IMG/VR virus record: IMGVR_UViG_3300028833_000057
Span: 32,001 to 96,000 of that record
DNA length: 64,000 nucleotides
Reading direction: 5' to 3' (one strand)
Source: a virus
Lineage: Duplodnaviria; Caudoviricetes
Shown here: one piece after another, positions 40,849-50,418 of the stretch
Numbering within the stretch: position 1 is the stretch's first letter
Layout of the letters: every line of letters starts with the position of its first letter
Translations under genes and position numbers: made by a program
Notes under the pieces: generated by a model
Told to the model about the DNA's origin: nothing
The model's input: only the letters and a program-made list of their open reading frames with translations
Database searches by the model: none

Positions 40849-41847
40849 TTAAGATGCAAATTGTGCTAAGAGTCCTTCGCACTTAGCATCCTTAAGAGAT
40901 TCACCCGTCGGTTGATTCACCGGGATGAATTTACTGCGAAATCCAAATCTATAATAATTCTTATCTATGTTGCCTTCAATTACAGGAGTAGATAATATCT
41001 GCTGTACATCGTTAGCAAATAATGCTTGAGCATAGGGTCCTAGTCTGTGCTCAAATACTATATCATTCTTCACATGAGAATTCACTTTATAATATAAAAG
41101 TGAACTTTCATCCAACTCAATACTTTTATCATCTGTAACAAACTTAAAGGCATCATCAAGCAATCCAGCAAGTCTTTCAACTCGGTCAATAACCATCAGC
41201 TTACCTACTACTAAATTGTTGACGGCTAAGCTAAGTCTAGATTTTGCACAGTGTTTAAGATACCTTTTCCAAATAAGTTCACCCACAGACGTATCAGCAA
41301 GAATAGGTGCTACGTTAATAATATAGTCAAGCACCGAAACATCTGCGAGAATTATGTCTTTAACAAATTGACGAATCTCGCTGAACATTTCCAGACATAC
41401 TCCAAATGCATCTGGATTTTTCCATCCATAATTATCACTTGTAGTAAATAGGACTAATGTTTTTGCAGGATCTGTCTGAATATCTTCAGAAGCAGAGATA
41501 ATAAGCGCCGTTAAAGCTTCCCTATACTTAATGCACAGAGCAGCAAATAATACTTTCTCATATTCTTCGTGTTCTGAAGTAAATGTAACTACTTCATAGT
41601 TTTCACTATCAAGAATACCGTCATCGAACTTTTCCCTATACAAGATAACATTAGGGATAAATTCCAGCATACTCTTAAATACATGAATGAATGAACTTGC
41701 AATCTGTACATATGCGGTCATATTACCTTCAAAGGTATTATTATCGCTATACAGTTGGTTTCTAAGTGTGTTATAAAGAGGAGCAAAGTCGTTTGTTATA
41801 CGACTTGTAAGCTCATCTTCTTGTATTAAAACATTTACTACAGCCAT
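40849..41847 (-). CDS. hypothetical protein in Ubl operon
   Basis: 332 aa; TAATG-coupled to ThiF, GGAGGT RBS. Confidence 0.8.
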   Translation of the reverse strand: MAVVNVLIQEDELTSRITNDFAPLYNTLRNQLYSDNNTFEGNMTAYVQIASSFIHVFKSMLEFIPNVILYREKFDDGILDSENYEVVTFTSEHEEYEKVLFAALCIKYREALTALIISASEDIQTDPAKTLVLFTTSDNYGWKNPDAFGVCLEMFSEIRQFVKDIILADVSVLDYIINVAPILADTSVGELIWKRYLKHCAKSRLSLAVNNLVVGKLMVIDRVERLAGLLDDAFKFVTDDKSIELDESSLLYYKVNSHVKNDIVFEHRLGPYAQALFANDVQQILSTPVIEGNIDKNYYRFGFRSKFIPVNQPTGESLKDAKCEGLLAQFAS

Positions 41848-42560
41848 TATACCTCCACAATAGCTTCATTGATAACTTCTTCGAGGTTAATAATGATCTT
41901 AGTGGTTTTCTTGATCTTTCTACCCTCACCGCAGATCCAAGAAGCAGGGAACTTCTTAAGAATTCCAGCAAGGATTTCGCAGACCATTGCAGGCGGTATA
42001 TAGAAGCTTGGTGTAACTTCATAGCCAGACTGAACATTTACAGAAAGTGTCTTCCATACGCCTTCAGTCGGGTTAAAAGTGATACACATGATATTACCAC
42101 CGTTGTAAGACAGTTTCATATCAATCTGTTCGAACATAACACCTGCATCAAGTACGTCACGACAGTCAATGACAATCGTTTTATTACGCATTCTTGCATC
42201 TGAATATGTACTAGGTGTTTTAAATACCGCCTGTACATTATCAGGTTGTGTTCCTTCATCAGCAGCTTCGTTAAGCGGTTCTGCAATCAATTCATCAAAA
42301 TTACTTACTCTTTCTTTCTTTGTAGAAACACGAGTTTCCATCGTTCTTTTACAAAGTTCTTTAATCACATCTACTTTATACTTGTTAATGGAGCTAATAG
42401 GAACAGGAATTCTGTTCATATTAGAAATCTCCATAATGTCATCATCCATGATATACATGGCTGTATTTCTATCAATAATTTCGTCGAGCATTCCAATGGA
42501 AAGAGGAATATTACCACCAATTCCACCTGCTCCGAGTACTACGATTCGCTTGATATCCAT
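41847..42560 (-). CDS. ThiF/MoeB/E1-family adenylyltransferase
   Basis: VVLGAGGIG (GxGxxG), DDDIMEISNMNR, KYKV and VIDCRD motifs. Confidence 0.92.
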   Translation of the reverse strand: MDIKRIVVLGAGGIGGNIPLSIGMLDEIIDRNTAMYIMDDDIMEISNMNRIPVPISSINKYKVDVIKELCKRTMETRVSTKKERVSNFDELIAEPLNEAADEGTQPDNVQAVFKTPSTYSDARMRNKTIVIDCRDVLDAGVMFEQIDMKLSYNGGNIMCITFNPTEGVWKTLSVNVQSGYEVTPSFYIPPAMVCEILAGILKKFPASWICGEGRKIKKTTKIIINLEEVINEAIVEV

Positions 42561-42564
42561 AGGA

Positions 42565-43401
42565 TCATCCTAAGTAAGAATGTGGTTTAAACATATCTTT
42601 CCTTCCGTAAATACTTCCTTCAGGAGAGAAATGGAATTCATCGCCATTATTATTGTAAAATTTTCTATTTTCAGAATATGCAGATGTCATGTTGACACCT
42701 TCCATCAAGGTAATAATATCTGATATGTGCAACTTGTTAAGGATAGTAGATCCAGCAAGAGTACCCATACAGATCTTTCCACTTTCGTATGCCACATTAG
42801 GATGCTTCAAGATATGATCACCCTGTTCATCCCAGTATGCATATGCTACAAAACTCATATTTTCAAGTTTGCTAGCAGAACCTGTAGAGACACGAATACC
42901 AACACTACGCATAGTGTGTTCTTTATCTTTACGAATTCCTTTAGGGCCGTCAAATATGCAATCAAACAATTGTGCATGATTACGGTCATCTAAAGATGCA
43001 TAGATACGCTTCCAGTGTACAGGATGCCTTAGCGTGAATACCAAGAAATCTGAAGCTTTTCTAATAATCTTAATGACTGGACACTTTGTATCAGAAGCTG
43101 CCCATTCATTATATTCTGCAATATCCGCATCATTAAATGCCCTGATGCCACTGTTATGGCCACCATTATTATTGCTATTTTGAATACGTTCTCGCATAAT
43201 TCTAGGAACAATATGCCCTAGAGCCTTATGCTGCTTTTCAGCCATAGATTCACAAGATATCAGAAATGGCCCACTACTTATAGACACTGATCCATAAATT
43301 TCGTTGCCATCAACTTCATTTCTAAATGTTCCACAATCTTCACGATTATTATTCGTGTCTATTGCAGAACTAAATTGGGATAAAAAGTCTCTAATTTCCA
43401 T
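42565..43401 (-). CDS. prokaryotic E2/UBC-like protein
   Basis: LKHPNVAYESGKICMG matches the UBC active-site HPN..G.IC signature; GAGGAG RBS before MEIRD (43401), overlapping the upstream stop. Confidence 0.75.
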   Translation of the reverse strand: MEIRDFLSQFSSAIDTNNNREDCGTFRNEVDGNEIYGSVSISSGPFLISCESMAEKQHKALGHIVPRIMRERIQNSNNNGGHNSGIRAFNDADIAEYNEWAASDTKCPVIKIIRKASDFLVFTLRHPVHWKRIYASLDDRNHAQLFDCIFDGPKGIRKDKEHTMRSVGIRVSTGSASKLENMSFVAYAYWDEQGDHILKHPNVAYESGKICMGTLAGSTILNKLHISDIITLMEGVNMTSAYSENRKFYNNNGDEFHFSPEGSIYGRKDMFKPHSYLG

Positions 43402-44020
43402 CGTCAAGGATCTCCTCAACAGTTGTTTCAAAGTCTTTATACCTACTAAAATACGGCATAAGATTCTCCATAATGTTGGTGGTGACACCCATCTTAAAGA
43501 GTTCATAAGAGAGCATGGTATTATTATCATGACGAATATTTCTATTCACAATGAAATACACCATAAGCAAATCTCTAATATACGATCTTATGCTTACAAC
43601 ATTATCTTCTTCTGGAAGTTTTACATGTTTCGGGTCATTACAAAAGTGAATACCACTTTTAAGGAAAGTGTAATATTCTTTGTATACCGGGATCTTGGAT
43701 TGATTCCAAAATTCTTCAGCACGATCTTCTGGAATAATAATTACGTCACCAGAAAATTTCCGGTCTGCAGCGTAATGTTTAAAGTCTGGGCGTAGATCTG
43801 CAAGATTATACTCCATTCCACGAGCATAGATCTTATTCATCTCCACAAAATCTTTTTCTACAAGATTAATATTTTCTTCATTAATAATTCTAATTAATTT
43901 CTTAACCCCAACCATTACCAATGGAAGAAGGAAACGATGTCCGGATGTCTGAAGATACGATACAGAATCCGGAATTTCTATGCCAGGACATCTGTCCTGT
44001 CTGTCGTTAACGGAAATCAT
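43391..44020 (-). CDS. hypothetical protein, first gene of Ubl operon
   Basis: 209 aa; AAAGGAG RBS; TATATTAAA promoter at about 44049-44057. Confidence 0.8.
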   Translation of the reverse strand: MISVNDRQDRCPGIEIPDSVSYLQTSGHRFLLPLVMVGVKKLIRIINEENINLVEKDFVEMNKIYARGMEYNLADLRPDFKHYAADRKFSGDVIIIPEDRAEEFWNQSKIPVYKEYYTFLKSGIHFCNDPKHVKLPEEDNVVSIRSYIRDLLMVYFIVNRNIRHDNNTMLSYELFKMGVTTNIMENLMPYFSRYKDFETTVEEILDDGN

Positions 44021-44109
44021 TTTGATTTCTCCTTTATAAGATACATGTTTTAATATAATGATGATATTATCATAATATGGAACTTCTGAATGTAAGTAGG
44101 AGAATACCT

Positions 44110-44961
44110 ATGTCAAATTTTGTAGATAAGAAATTTAACTCTTTTGAGTCTTACCTTAGAAAGAATTTTAAAAGCGAATGTAAAAAATTTGAAGAATTTT
44201 CTAGAGTTTTTGCCGTAGATTATAATGCATTTTTTGCTTTTTACCTGAAAATACTTTTAGAAAAATTAGAAAATATAAAACAGAAATCTAAACCTGCAGT
44301 ATCAGAATCTGTGCCTAGAAAACTCAGACCTGGTACAAGATCATCTATACCATATCCAAAAGATGGCCTAGCTGCAATAAAATCTGGAACTATTCCTGAT
44401 TTAAATCTTCATGAAATGATAAAGAATTCTTTAAAGGTTGCCATTGATGAATTTTATAGTGCTATACATAAAGATAAAGATCTTATAAAAGAATTAGAAG
44501 AGAAGGATACTGATGTTGTAAAACTAGATGAATTGTATAACATAGTAACCAAACCTAAAGATAATGTAATTATTCCAACGGTTATATCTAAACCGTTTAA
44601 TATACTAGATTATCTAAAAGAAGATGATGCAAAATTTATTTATCCTGAAATAAGACAACATATGGAAGCTATTCATAATGATGTCGTTGTTGTCTTATTA
44701 ACAAAAGAAGGCATAACATTTGAAGATGCAATTATACAATATGGGATACTCCCGGTAATGTATACCGATCCGTATATTCCAAAAAAGTATATATTTGATT
44801 TTAATAATGGTTACGGCGTTGGGCTTAGAATTAGTGATCCAGAGAAATATGAAATATTAATGGCTTATGTGCTAGTGTTTTGTGAGCTTCATAGTGAGTA
44901 TGAGTATAAACGCTTCGACGATCAGCAACTTGTCCTAATAGTAAAGCATACATCAACTTAG
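44110..44961 (+). CDS. hypothetical late protein
   Basis: AACT-N6-TG at 44081-44092 and AGGAG RBS favour start MSNFV (ORF track 44077). Confidence 0.7.
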   Translation: MSNFVDKKFNSFESYLRKNFKSECKKFEEFSRVFAVDYNAFFAFYLKILLEKLENIKQKSKPAVSESVPRKLRPGTRSSIPYPKDGLAAIKSGTIPDLNLHEMIKNSLKVAIDEFYSAIHKDKDLIKELEEKDTDVVKLDELYNIVTKPKDNVIIPTVISKPFNILDYLKEDDAKFIYPEIRQHMEAIHNDVVVVLLTKEGITFEDAIIQYGILPVMYTDPYIPKKYIFDFNNGYGVGLRISDPEKYEILMAYVLVFCELHSEYEYKRFDDQQLVLIVKHTST

Positions 44962-45014
44962 TGGATATTTTACATATCTAACCATATATTGAAACCACCA
45001 ACAAAGAAACTACT

Positions 45015-45512
45015 ATGAAAACACTAAGTATTAAAGATCTTGTGAGGATGACGACCAAAGATGATAAAGATTATATGAATTATGTACAGTCTATTCGTAG
45101 AAACATGATTACATATTTTAATCAGTCAAAATTGGTTAGTCTCTTTATATCTATTATTGATGAATGCCCATTCATTGATTTCAATACACCAAGAGATAGG
45201 CGTATTACTAACAGAAATCTTCCTTCATACAAAGTAAAGATTTTGTATGATAAAGTACCTGAATCAGTTCGAGTATTAATTGGAAAAAATAAGATTTCTG
45301 ACGCTAAATCTAAGATTTGTCATGAAGGTTTAATTACTCCTTATGTGACAAAGATGTATGAGATTATTCGTGATAAGAATATGGAATATCTAAAGGAAGA
45401 AATTCCTGATAATTCTGAAATTAAAGATATTGTAGATATTATGACTACTTTATTTATAATTAATACAACGGATGAATTAGATAGTCCAATTTTCGTTAGA
45501 CCTTTTATTTAA
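45015..45512 (+). CDS. hypothetical protein
   Basis: 165-aa ORF with terminator at about 45526-45558. Confidence 0.7.
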   Translation: MKTLSIKDLVRMTTKDDKDYMNYVQSIRRNMITYFNQSKLVSLFISIIDECPFIDFNTPRDRRITNRNLPSYKVKILYDKVPESVRVLIGKNKISDAKSKICHEGLITPYVTKMYEIIRDKNMEYLKEEIPDNSEIKDIVDIMTTLFIINTTDELDSPIFVRPFI

Positions 45513-45614
45513 TTCCTTGCAATTAAACCTAGATGCTATAAGCATCTAGGTTTTTTTTCGTAGTTTTGGAATATCCGCGATTATATTAAATAGTAGCATA
45601 CAAAGGAGTACTCT

Positions 45615-46112
45615 ATGGATAATCCATATGAAAGAAAATTCATCCTTGAGGAAAAAGAAGCATTGAAGTTGTTGGACAGCATCCATTTGGAAAAAGCTGT
45701 TGACATTCAGCAATTTTTCCATGATGGATGGAAGTACCGTCATGGCAATGAGCATTATTTCGCAGATAATACATATAGGAACTATTACCAGCGTTACATG
45801 CGCTATACTGATTCTAATGGAAACTTTAAGGTTTCTGTAGAAGATGTAGATGCTACGGAATGGAACAAGCTTATAGAAAATCAACCTATTATCCACAAAA
45901 TACGGACTTGTGGGTCATTTGAGGGTTTTGATTATGATATTGATCAGTTCCTAAAACCTGCAAAGGGATTGATTATGGTAGAAGTTACAACCTCTAAGGA
46001 AAAGCTTATTTATAGCTATAATCCTATCTTTAAATGTAAAGAGGTTACCGGAGATAGTGCCTTCAGTAATGAAAATATTATTAAAGGCTCGCTAGATTAT
46101 AAAGAATGGTAG
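45615..46112 (+). CDS. CYTH-domain (triphosphate tunnel) protein
   Basis: YERKF N-terminal motif, KIR, DIDQF..GLIMVEV, EVTGDSAFSN. Confidence 0.8.
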   Translation: MDNPYERKFILEEKEALKLLDSIHLEKAVDIQQFFHDGWKYRHGNEHYFADNTYRNYYQRYMRYTDSNGNFKVSVEDVDATEWNKLIENQPIIHKIRTCGSFEGFDYDIDQFLKPAKGLIMVEVTTSKEKLIYSYNPIFKCKEVTGDSAFSNENIIKGSLDYKEW

Positions 46113-46205
46113 TACCATTCTTTTTTTTTTCGTAAAATTTCTATGACCCTTGATATTCTTTGGGTAGTAAAAATAAAGCGTGGCAAAAGCACGCTTTATT
46201 TTTTT

Positions 46206-46928
46206 TTAGTTCCAGTCAACCCATATCTTACGACGGTTGACACTAAGATGCATACTATTACGAATCTTCTCAAGAAGTTCAGTACGCTTAGATTCAGCCT
46301 CTTCAAATGTTCCAAGGCTTAGTTCTATATCAGACATACTTGTATTAATATTTGAGAATACACGCCTAAATCCAAGAATATCTAATTTTACATCACAGAG
46401 ACAAAGTTGTTTAATAATCTCTAATAGACCTGGATGAAATTCTTGGAAATCACTATGAGATACCTTTAATTTAACACAGATCTTTCGACCCATTCCAATA
46501 GCAGGATTAGGCATAATCCTAACCTTATTAGGTGGAACTATTTCTATAGTCGTAGGCACTCTAGTATAGTCCATAATTTCTTTCTGCATAAATGTCAAAA
46601 GATATTCAAAAGGACATACCGAGTATGTACGGTCATAGAATGTATCACCAGTACCTAGACCATTCAAAGACACGATCATTTCGGCACCAAGAAGCTGTGT
46701 AGGAGTATTAATATAGTATAAGCCCTGATCCTTTCCAACCTGATCTTTATCAATATCAATAATGTAATAAATAAATTTAGGGAAATATAAACTTAGAGTC
46801 TTTAGCGATTCATCTTTAATAACTTTAGCGATTGCATCATTATCAAGCTCAAGATCTCTACATGCAGCACCTAGACGTGCCTTAATATGGTTTACAAGAT
46901 AAGAAGTACTTAACCAAGCTTCTGCCAT
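46206..46928 (-). CDS. putative neck / head-completion protein (T4 gp13-like)
   Basis: YLVNHIKARLGA...LELD...SLKTLSLYFP N-terminal pattern and IIKQLCLCDVK..LG..R C-terminal pattern; GAGGT RBS before MAEAW. Confidence 0.55.
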   Translation of the reverse strand: MAEAWLSTSYLVNHIKARLGAACRDLELDNDAIAKVIKDESLKTLSLYFPKFIYYIIDIDKDQVGKDQGLYYINTPTQLLGAEMIVSLNGLGTGDTFYDRTYSVCPFEYLLTFMQKEIMDYTRVPTTIEIVPPNKVRIMPNPAIGMGRKICVKLKVSHSDFQEFHPGLLEIIKQLCLCDVKLDILGFRRVFSNINTSMSDIELSLGTFEEAESKRTELLEKIRNSMHLSVNRRKIWVDWN

Positions 46929-47011
46929 AATAACCTCATTATAGTATAACAAATTTATTGTTTTCCATATACAAATTCTGAAAAAAAAAATACCAAGCAA
47001 AGTTGGTATTT

Positions 47012-47662
47012 TTATTTTTCCTCATATTCTATCCAATGGTAATTATTTGCAAATAATACATCATAAACTACATCGAATATAGTTAATATACGACGTAAAT
47101 TTGCATCAATTATATGATTAAACTTAGTGTATGTTAGTGGTATATGTTCTTCATAATCATCAACATCATACCGATCTAATGTAGTACTTAGATTTATGCC
47201 TATCTTTTTTAATTCTTTATTTGGATACTGTTTTACTACACATATACTAGGATTATAGCCTCTATATGCATCAATATATGGAAAATCGGTAATTTGTCTT
47301 AAAGGCAACGGTGATGATACCATACACAAATATTGATAATGATCAATATCATAAGCATCCAGTGGTGGTGTTCTACTATAAGCTCGAAGCAAGCATTCAT
47401 TCCATCCAGTACTAGGTAGTGCCCATACTTGGCTTGCTAATATCTTTTCATCTGTATTACTCATATAATTTATATAACCTTGTACGACTTTTATGTATAA
47501 ACCCTTCTCAGGACATTTATAGTATATTGCATCGTCATCAGAAAAAGATCGTCCTTTACTACAGAAAGGGCCATTAGTTAACTCATAAAGAGCTTTGTAT
47601 AATCTATCATTTGCCCGTTTTTGTTCTATAGCTTCTATATTAGATAGTCCAATTCTACACAT
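47012..47662 (-). CDS. hypothetical early protein
   Basis: 216 aa; GAGGT RBS; divergent TATATTAA promoter pair at about 47677-47697. Confidence 0.7.
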   Translation of the reverse strand: MCRIGLSNIEAIEQKRANDRLYKALYELTNGPFCSKGRSFSDDDAIYYKCPEKGLYIKVVQGYINYMSNTDEKILASQVWALPSTGWNECLLRAYSRTPPLDAYDIDHYQYLCMVSSPLPLRQITDFPYIDAYRGYNPSICVVKQYPNKELKKIGINLSTTLDRYDVDDYEEHIPLTYTKFNHIIDANLRRILTIFDVVYDVLFANNYHWIEYEEK

Positions 47663-47709
47663 TTTTTACCTCTTTTCTTAATATAATTATATTAAAATAA
47701 GAGGATATT

Positions 47710-48300
47710 ATGGACAATAGAACCTGTGCTTTAATGAATATAATCTTAGCTAGAAAACGATTAATGGATGCAAACGCAAAAACTAATGTTGATATGGATA
47801 TAAATTATATTTCAAGACGAGATTTTAATAGTTATGCGGATGATATTATAATATGTAATTTTGATCTAACATTTCGTTTTACCGATAAAGGTTTTAATGA
47901 GTATTATTTCAAGAATGCATTTCCATGTGAAAAAGTTTTTGAAAGTATAAAGAATGAATATGCAGCTGGAAGAATTCCTAATGATTTGTGGTTAATAAAT
48001 CTTCGTGTAGGATTGCCTAAAAAGATTTTTCCATCAGAATCATCTATGGAACATGATTTTATTAATCAGATAATAGATAATAATCCTTTAGTAACTATTC
48101 AGCTTATGGATATAGAAAAATTCTATGCATGGATACCTAAAGAATTTGAAAAGTTTATAGGAAAAACTGAAACTGAGGAAGACAATCTTTATGCTGCTAT
48201 GACATGGAAATATTTTCCTGCAATTTCAGATGATAACATTACAAGATCAATTTACTTAATGAACACATTTGCAAAATGTAAAGACTATGTAAATAGGTAG
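47710..48300 (+). CDS. hypothetical early protein
   Basis: 196 aa; GAGG RBS. Confidence 0.75.
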   Translation: MDNRTCALMNIILARKRLMDANAKTNVDMDINYISRRDFNSYADDIIICNFDLTFRFTDKGFNEYYFKNAFPCEKVFESIKNEYAAGRIPNDLWLINLRVGLPKKIFPSESSMEHDFINQIIDNNPLVTIQLMDIEKFYAWIPKEFEKFIGKTETEEDNLYAAMTWKYFPAISDDNITRSIYLMNTFAKCKDYVNR

Positions 48301-48303
48301 AGT

Positions 48304-48927
48304 ATGGCTATTCCTAAATCTGAGTTAGAATATAGGACTGAACCAGATATTAATTTAAAATATGTAAACGATCTTCTGCTTAGGCTCTTAATATTATTTC
48401 GAAAATATTATCCACATGACCAATATGGAGAGAAAATACTATTTGATATAGTACCTACTTATCATGGAGATGCTAATAACTTTGAAATATCCATACGAAC
48501 AGAATCTGAAGAATTTGCAAGAAAGTTCTATAAAAGATTATTACCAAAGATAGATATTCCACAACATTTCACATGTTCTAATTGGTTTATAATTGGTATT
48601 AATTTTGAAGTAAGAGGTTATCAATTACCATATTGGAATGATACCTCTCATTTGAGAAGAAGAATTCTAGAAAATATTATACCACTTATATCTCATGCTG
48701 AAGTAAGTAGAGTAGCATGTTATTTACCAAGATTTATAGATAGTGCAGCTTTTATTAATGAAAACTATTCAGCTAACTTTAAAGTCAAAGAATTTGAATG
48801 GTTAAGTTTTAATTATAAATACATTATTGCAGGAGCGATTGGTCCATATTTGGGAGCAATTTCTATGCATGTATATGTAGATGAGTTAGAAAAATATATG
48901 AAAGAATTATTGAAAAATAAAGGCTAA
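48304..48927 (+). CDS. hypothetical protein
   Basis: 207 aa, coupled to upstream gene. Confidence 0.75.
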   Translation: MAIPKSELEYRTEPDINLKYVNDLLLRLLILFRKYYPHDQYGEKILFDIVPTYHGDANNFEISIRTESEEFARKFYKRLLPKIDIPQHFTCSNWFIIGINFEVRGYQLPYWNDTSHLRRRILENIIPLISHAEVSRVACYLPRFIDSAAFINENYSANFKVKEFEWLSFNYKYIIAGAIGPYLGAISMHVYVDELEKYMKELLKNKG

Positions 48928-49070
48928 TTAGCCTTTATTTTTTCTATGTTCCGTAAAATTTCTAAGATCCATATTATATTAAATCGTGAAGTAAGACACA
49001 ATAAAGACAATTCAGTCTTATTGATTCTACTTGCAGTGTGGTAACTGCACGTCTTACTCAAGGAGCTATC

Positions 49071-49493
49071 ATGTATATGGCAACTGATAAACCCTTTACG
49101 CATTCCCAAGATGCAGTTCTTGCTGAGCGTTTTGAGAATTATCTTAACAACAACACTGAAATGACAGAGAACGATAAATTCGCCTTTCGTGAATATGTTA
49201 CATATAAGTCACTCCATGACTGTTATGCACCGCATGTTACAACTGAAATGAAGTATCATTCTGTGGCACAAGGTCTGGGTTGTCTCCTAATGAACGGCAG
49301 TCTTTACGATCATAGTCATGAAGACTATACTCACTACGATAAGTATATCCGTGAAATTAAGGAATTGTTTAAAGATGTTGTGCAGATTAAAGCTATTTGT
49401 ACGTTATTTTTAAATCCCAACCGCAGTGAAAAAGATACATTCTATAAAATCCGTGACTTAACTTGGGCTAGTTGTGCAGACTGGGCAAAGTAG
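49071..49493 (+). CDS. hypothetical early protein
   Basis: AAGGAG RBS before 49071; TATATTAAA near 48975. Confidence 0.7.
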   Translation: MYMATDKPFTHSQDAVLAERFENYLNNNTEMTENDKFAFREYVTYKSLHDCYAPHVTTEMKYHSVAQGLGCLLMNGSLYDHSHEDYTHYDKYIREIKELFKDVVQIKAICTLFLNPNRSEKDTFYKIRDLTWASCADWAK

Positions 49494-49616
49494 CATCAAG
49501 GCTAAATTAAAAGAATTGCTCATCTTCTAGATGGGCGTTCTTTTTTTCTATGATCCCTCATATAATTGACAAAGTATATATAAACTTTCCATTGAAATTA
49601 AATAAGGAAAGTTTAT

Positions 49617-50384
49617 ATGCCATCTTCTCAAGCTGAAATATTTTTGATTAATACTTCTGCTAGTCAGGCTAAACCTTCGATTATTAGACAAACTGATAAA
49701 GAAATTGAGTTTAGAACAATCTGGCAGCATGGTAATGTATTAAACCGTAATAATAAGATTTATCCATCTGACATTATTTGGAACGCTGCGCAACAGGCTC
49801 CTATTCAGGAACAGCTAAAGCGTAGATGCTGGTATGGTGAAGCTAACCATCCGATGAGTCCTTCTATTGAAAGACAGTTGTATACTGATATGCATAATGT
49901 CTCTCATACAATTTTATCTTTTGAAAGAGAAGGCGATATCTTTAAAGGTAATGCTCTTACTTTTGGTTCTGCTATGGGGCCATCTATGTATGCTGCTATT
50001 GATCAGGGTGGCATTATTAGCTTCTCTCTTCGTGGTTTGCATAAGTTAGTTAGAGATCCTAATGACCAACGTAGAATGTTAGTTAAAGATCTCCGCATTT
50101 TTTGCTATGATTGGGTCACATTCCCGTCTCATGAAGATGCACATATGATCCCAGCTAATGAATCTGCTAAGATCTTTGAAAAGAGAATTCCTAAGGAACT
50201 CATTAATACCGTGATGGCTAGTGAAAATGCTGGTATTCTTGAACAGTATGAAGACTTCCTTGATGAAGAAATTAAGGATACTTCTATTGAAGATAATAGC
50301 TTAATTCTAAAGTCTGCTCATAATACTTTGAATATTAAGCTAAAGAATAGAATTACTAAAGATATTCTTAATGAATTTTTCTAA
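49617..50384 (+). CDS. prohead (capsid maturation) protease, T4 gp21-like
   Basis: NRNNKIYP, WYGEANHP, VSHTI, SFSLRG and YDWVTFPS motifs; late promoter AACT-N6-TG at 49583-49594. Confidence 0.88.
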   Translation: MPSSQAEIFLINTSASQAKPSIIRQTDKEIEFRTIWQHGNVLNRNNKIYPSDIIWNAAQQAPIQEQLKRRCWYGEANHPMSPSIERQLYTDMHNVSHTILSFEREGDIFKGNALTFGSAMGPSMYAAIDQGGIISFSLRGLHKLVRDPNDQRRMLVKDLRIFCYDWVTFPSHEDAHMIPANESAKIFEKRIPKELINTVMASENAGILEQYEDFLDEEIKDTSIEDNSLILKSAHNTLNIKLKNRITKDILNEFF

Positions 50385-50418
50385 AAAAAAAAGACCATGC
50401 AAAAGCATGGTCTTGTTA

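Noticed and set aside
41847-42560. ThiF as a thiamine/molybdopterin biosynthesis auxiliary gene
   Set aside because: No thiG/moaE-type partners, the Ubl lacks GG, and E2-like and JAB neighbours point to protein conjugation
43402-43530. N-terminal 43 codons of the listed 321-aa E2 ORF
   Set aside because: They overlap the upstream gene; a GAGGAG RBS supports the start at 43401
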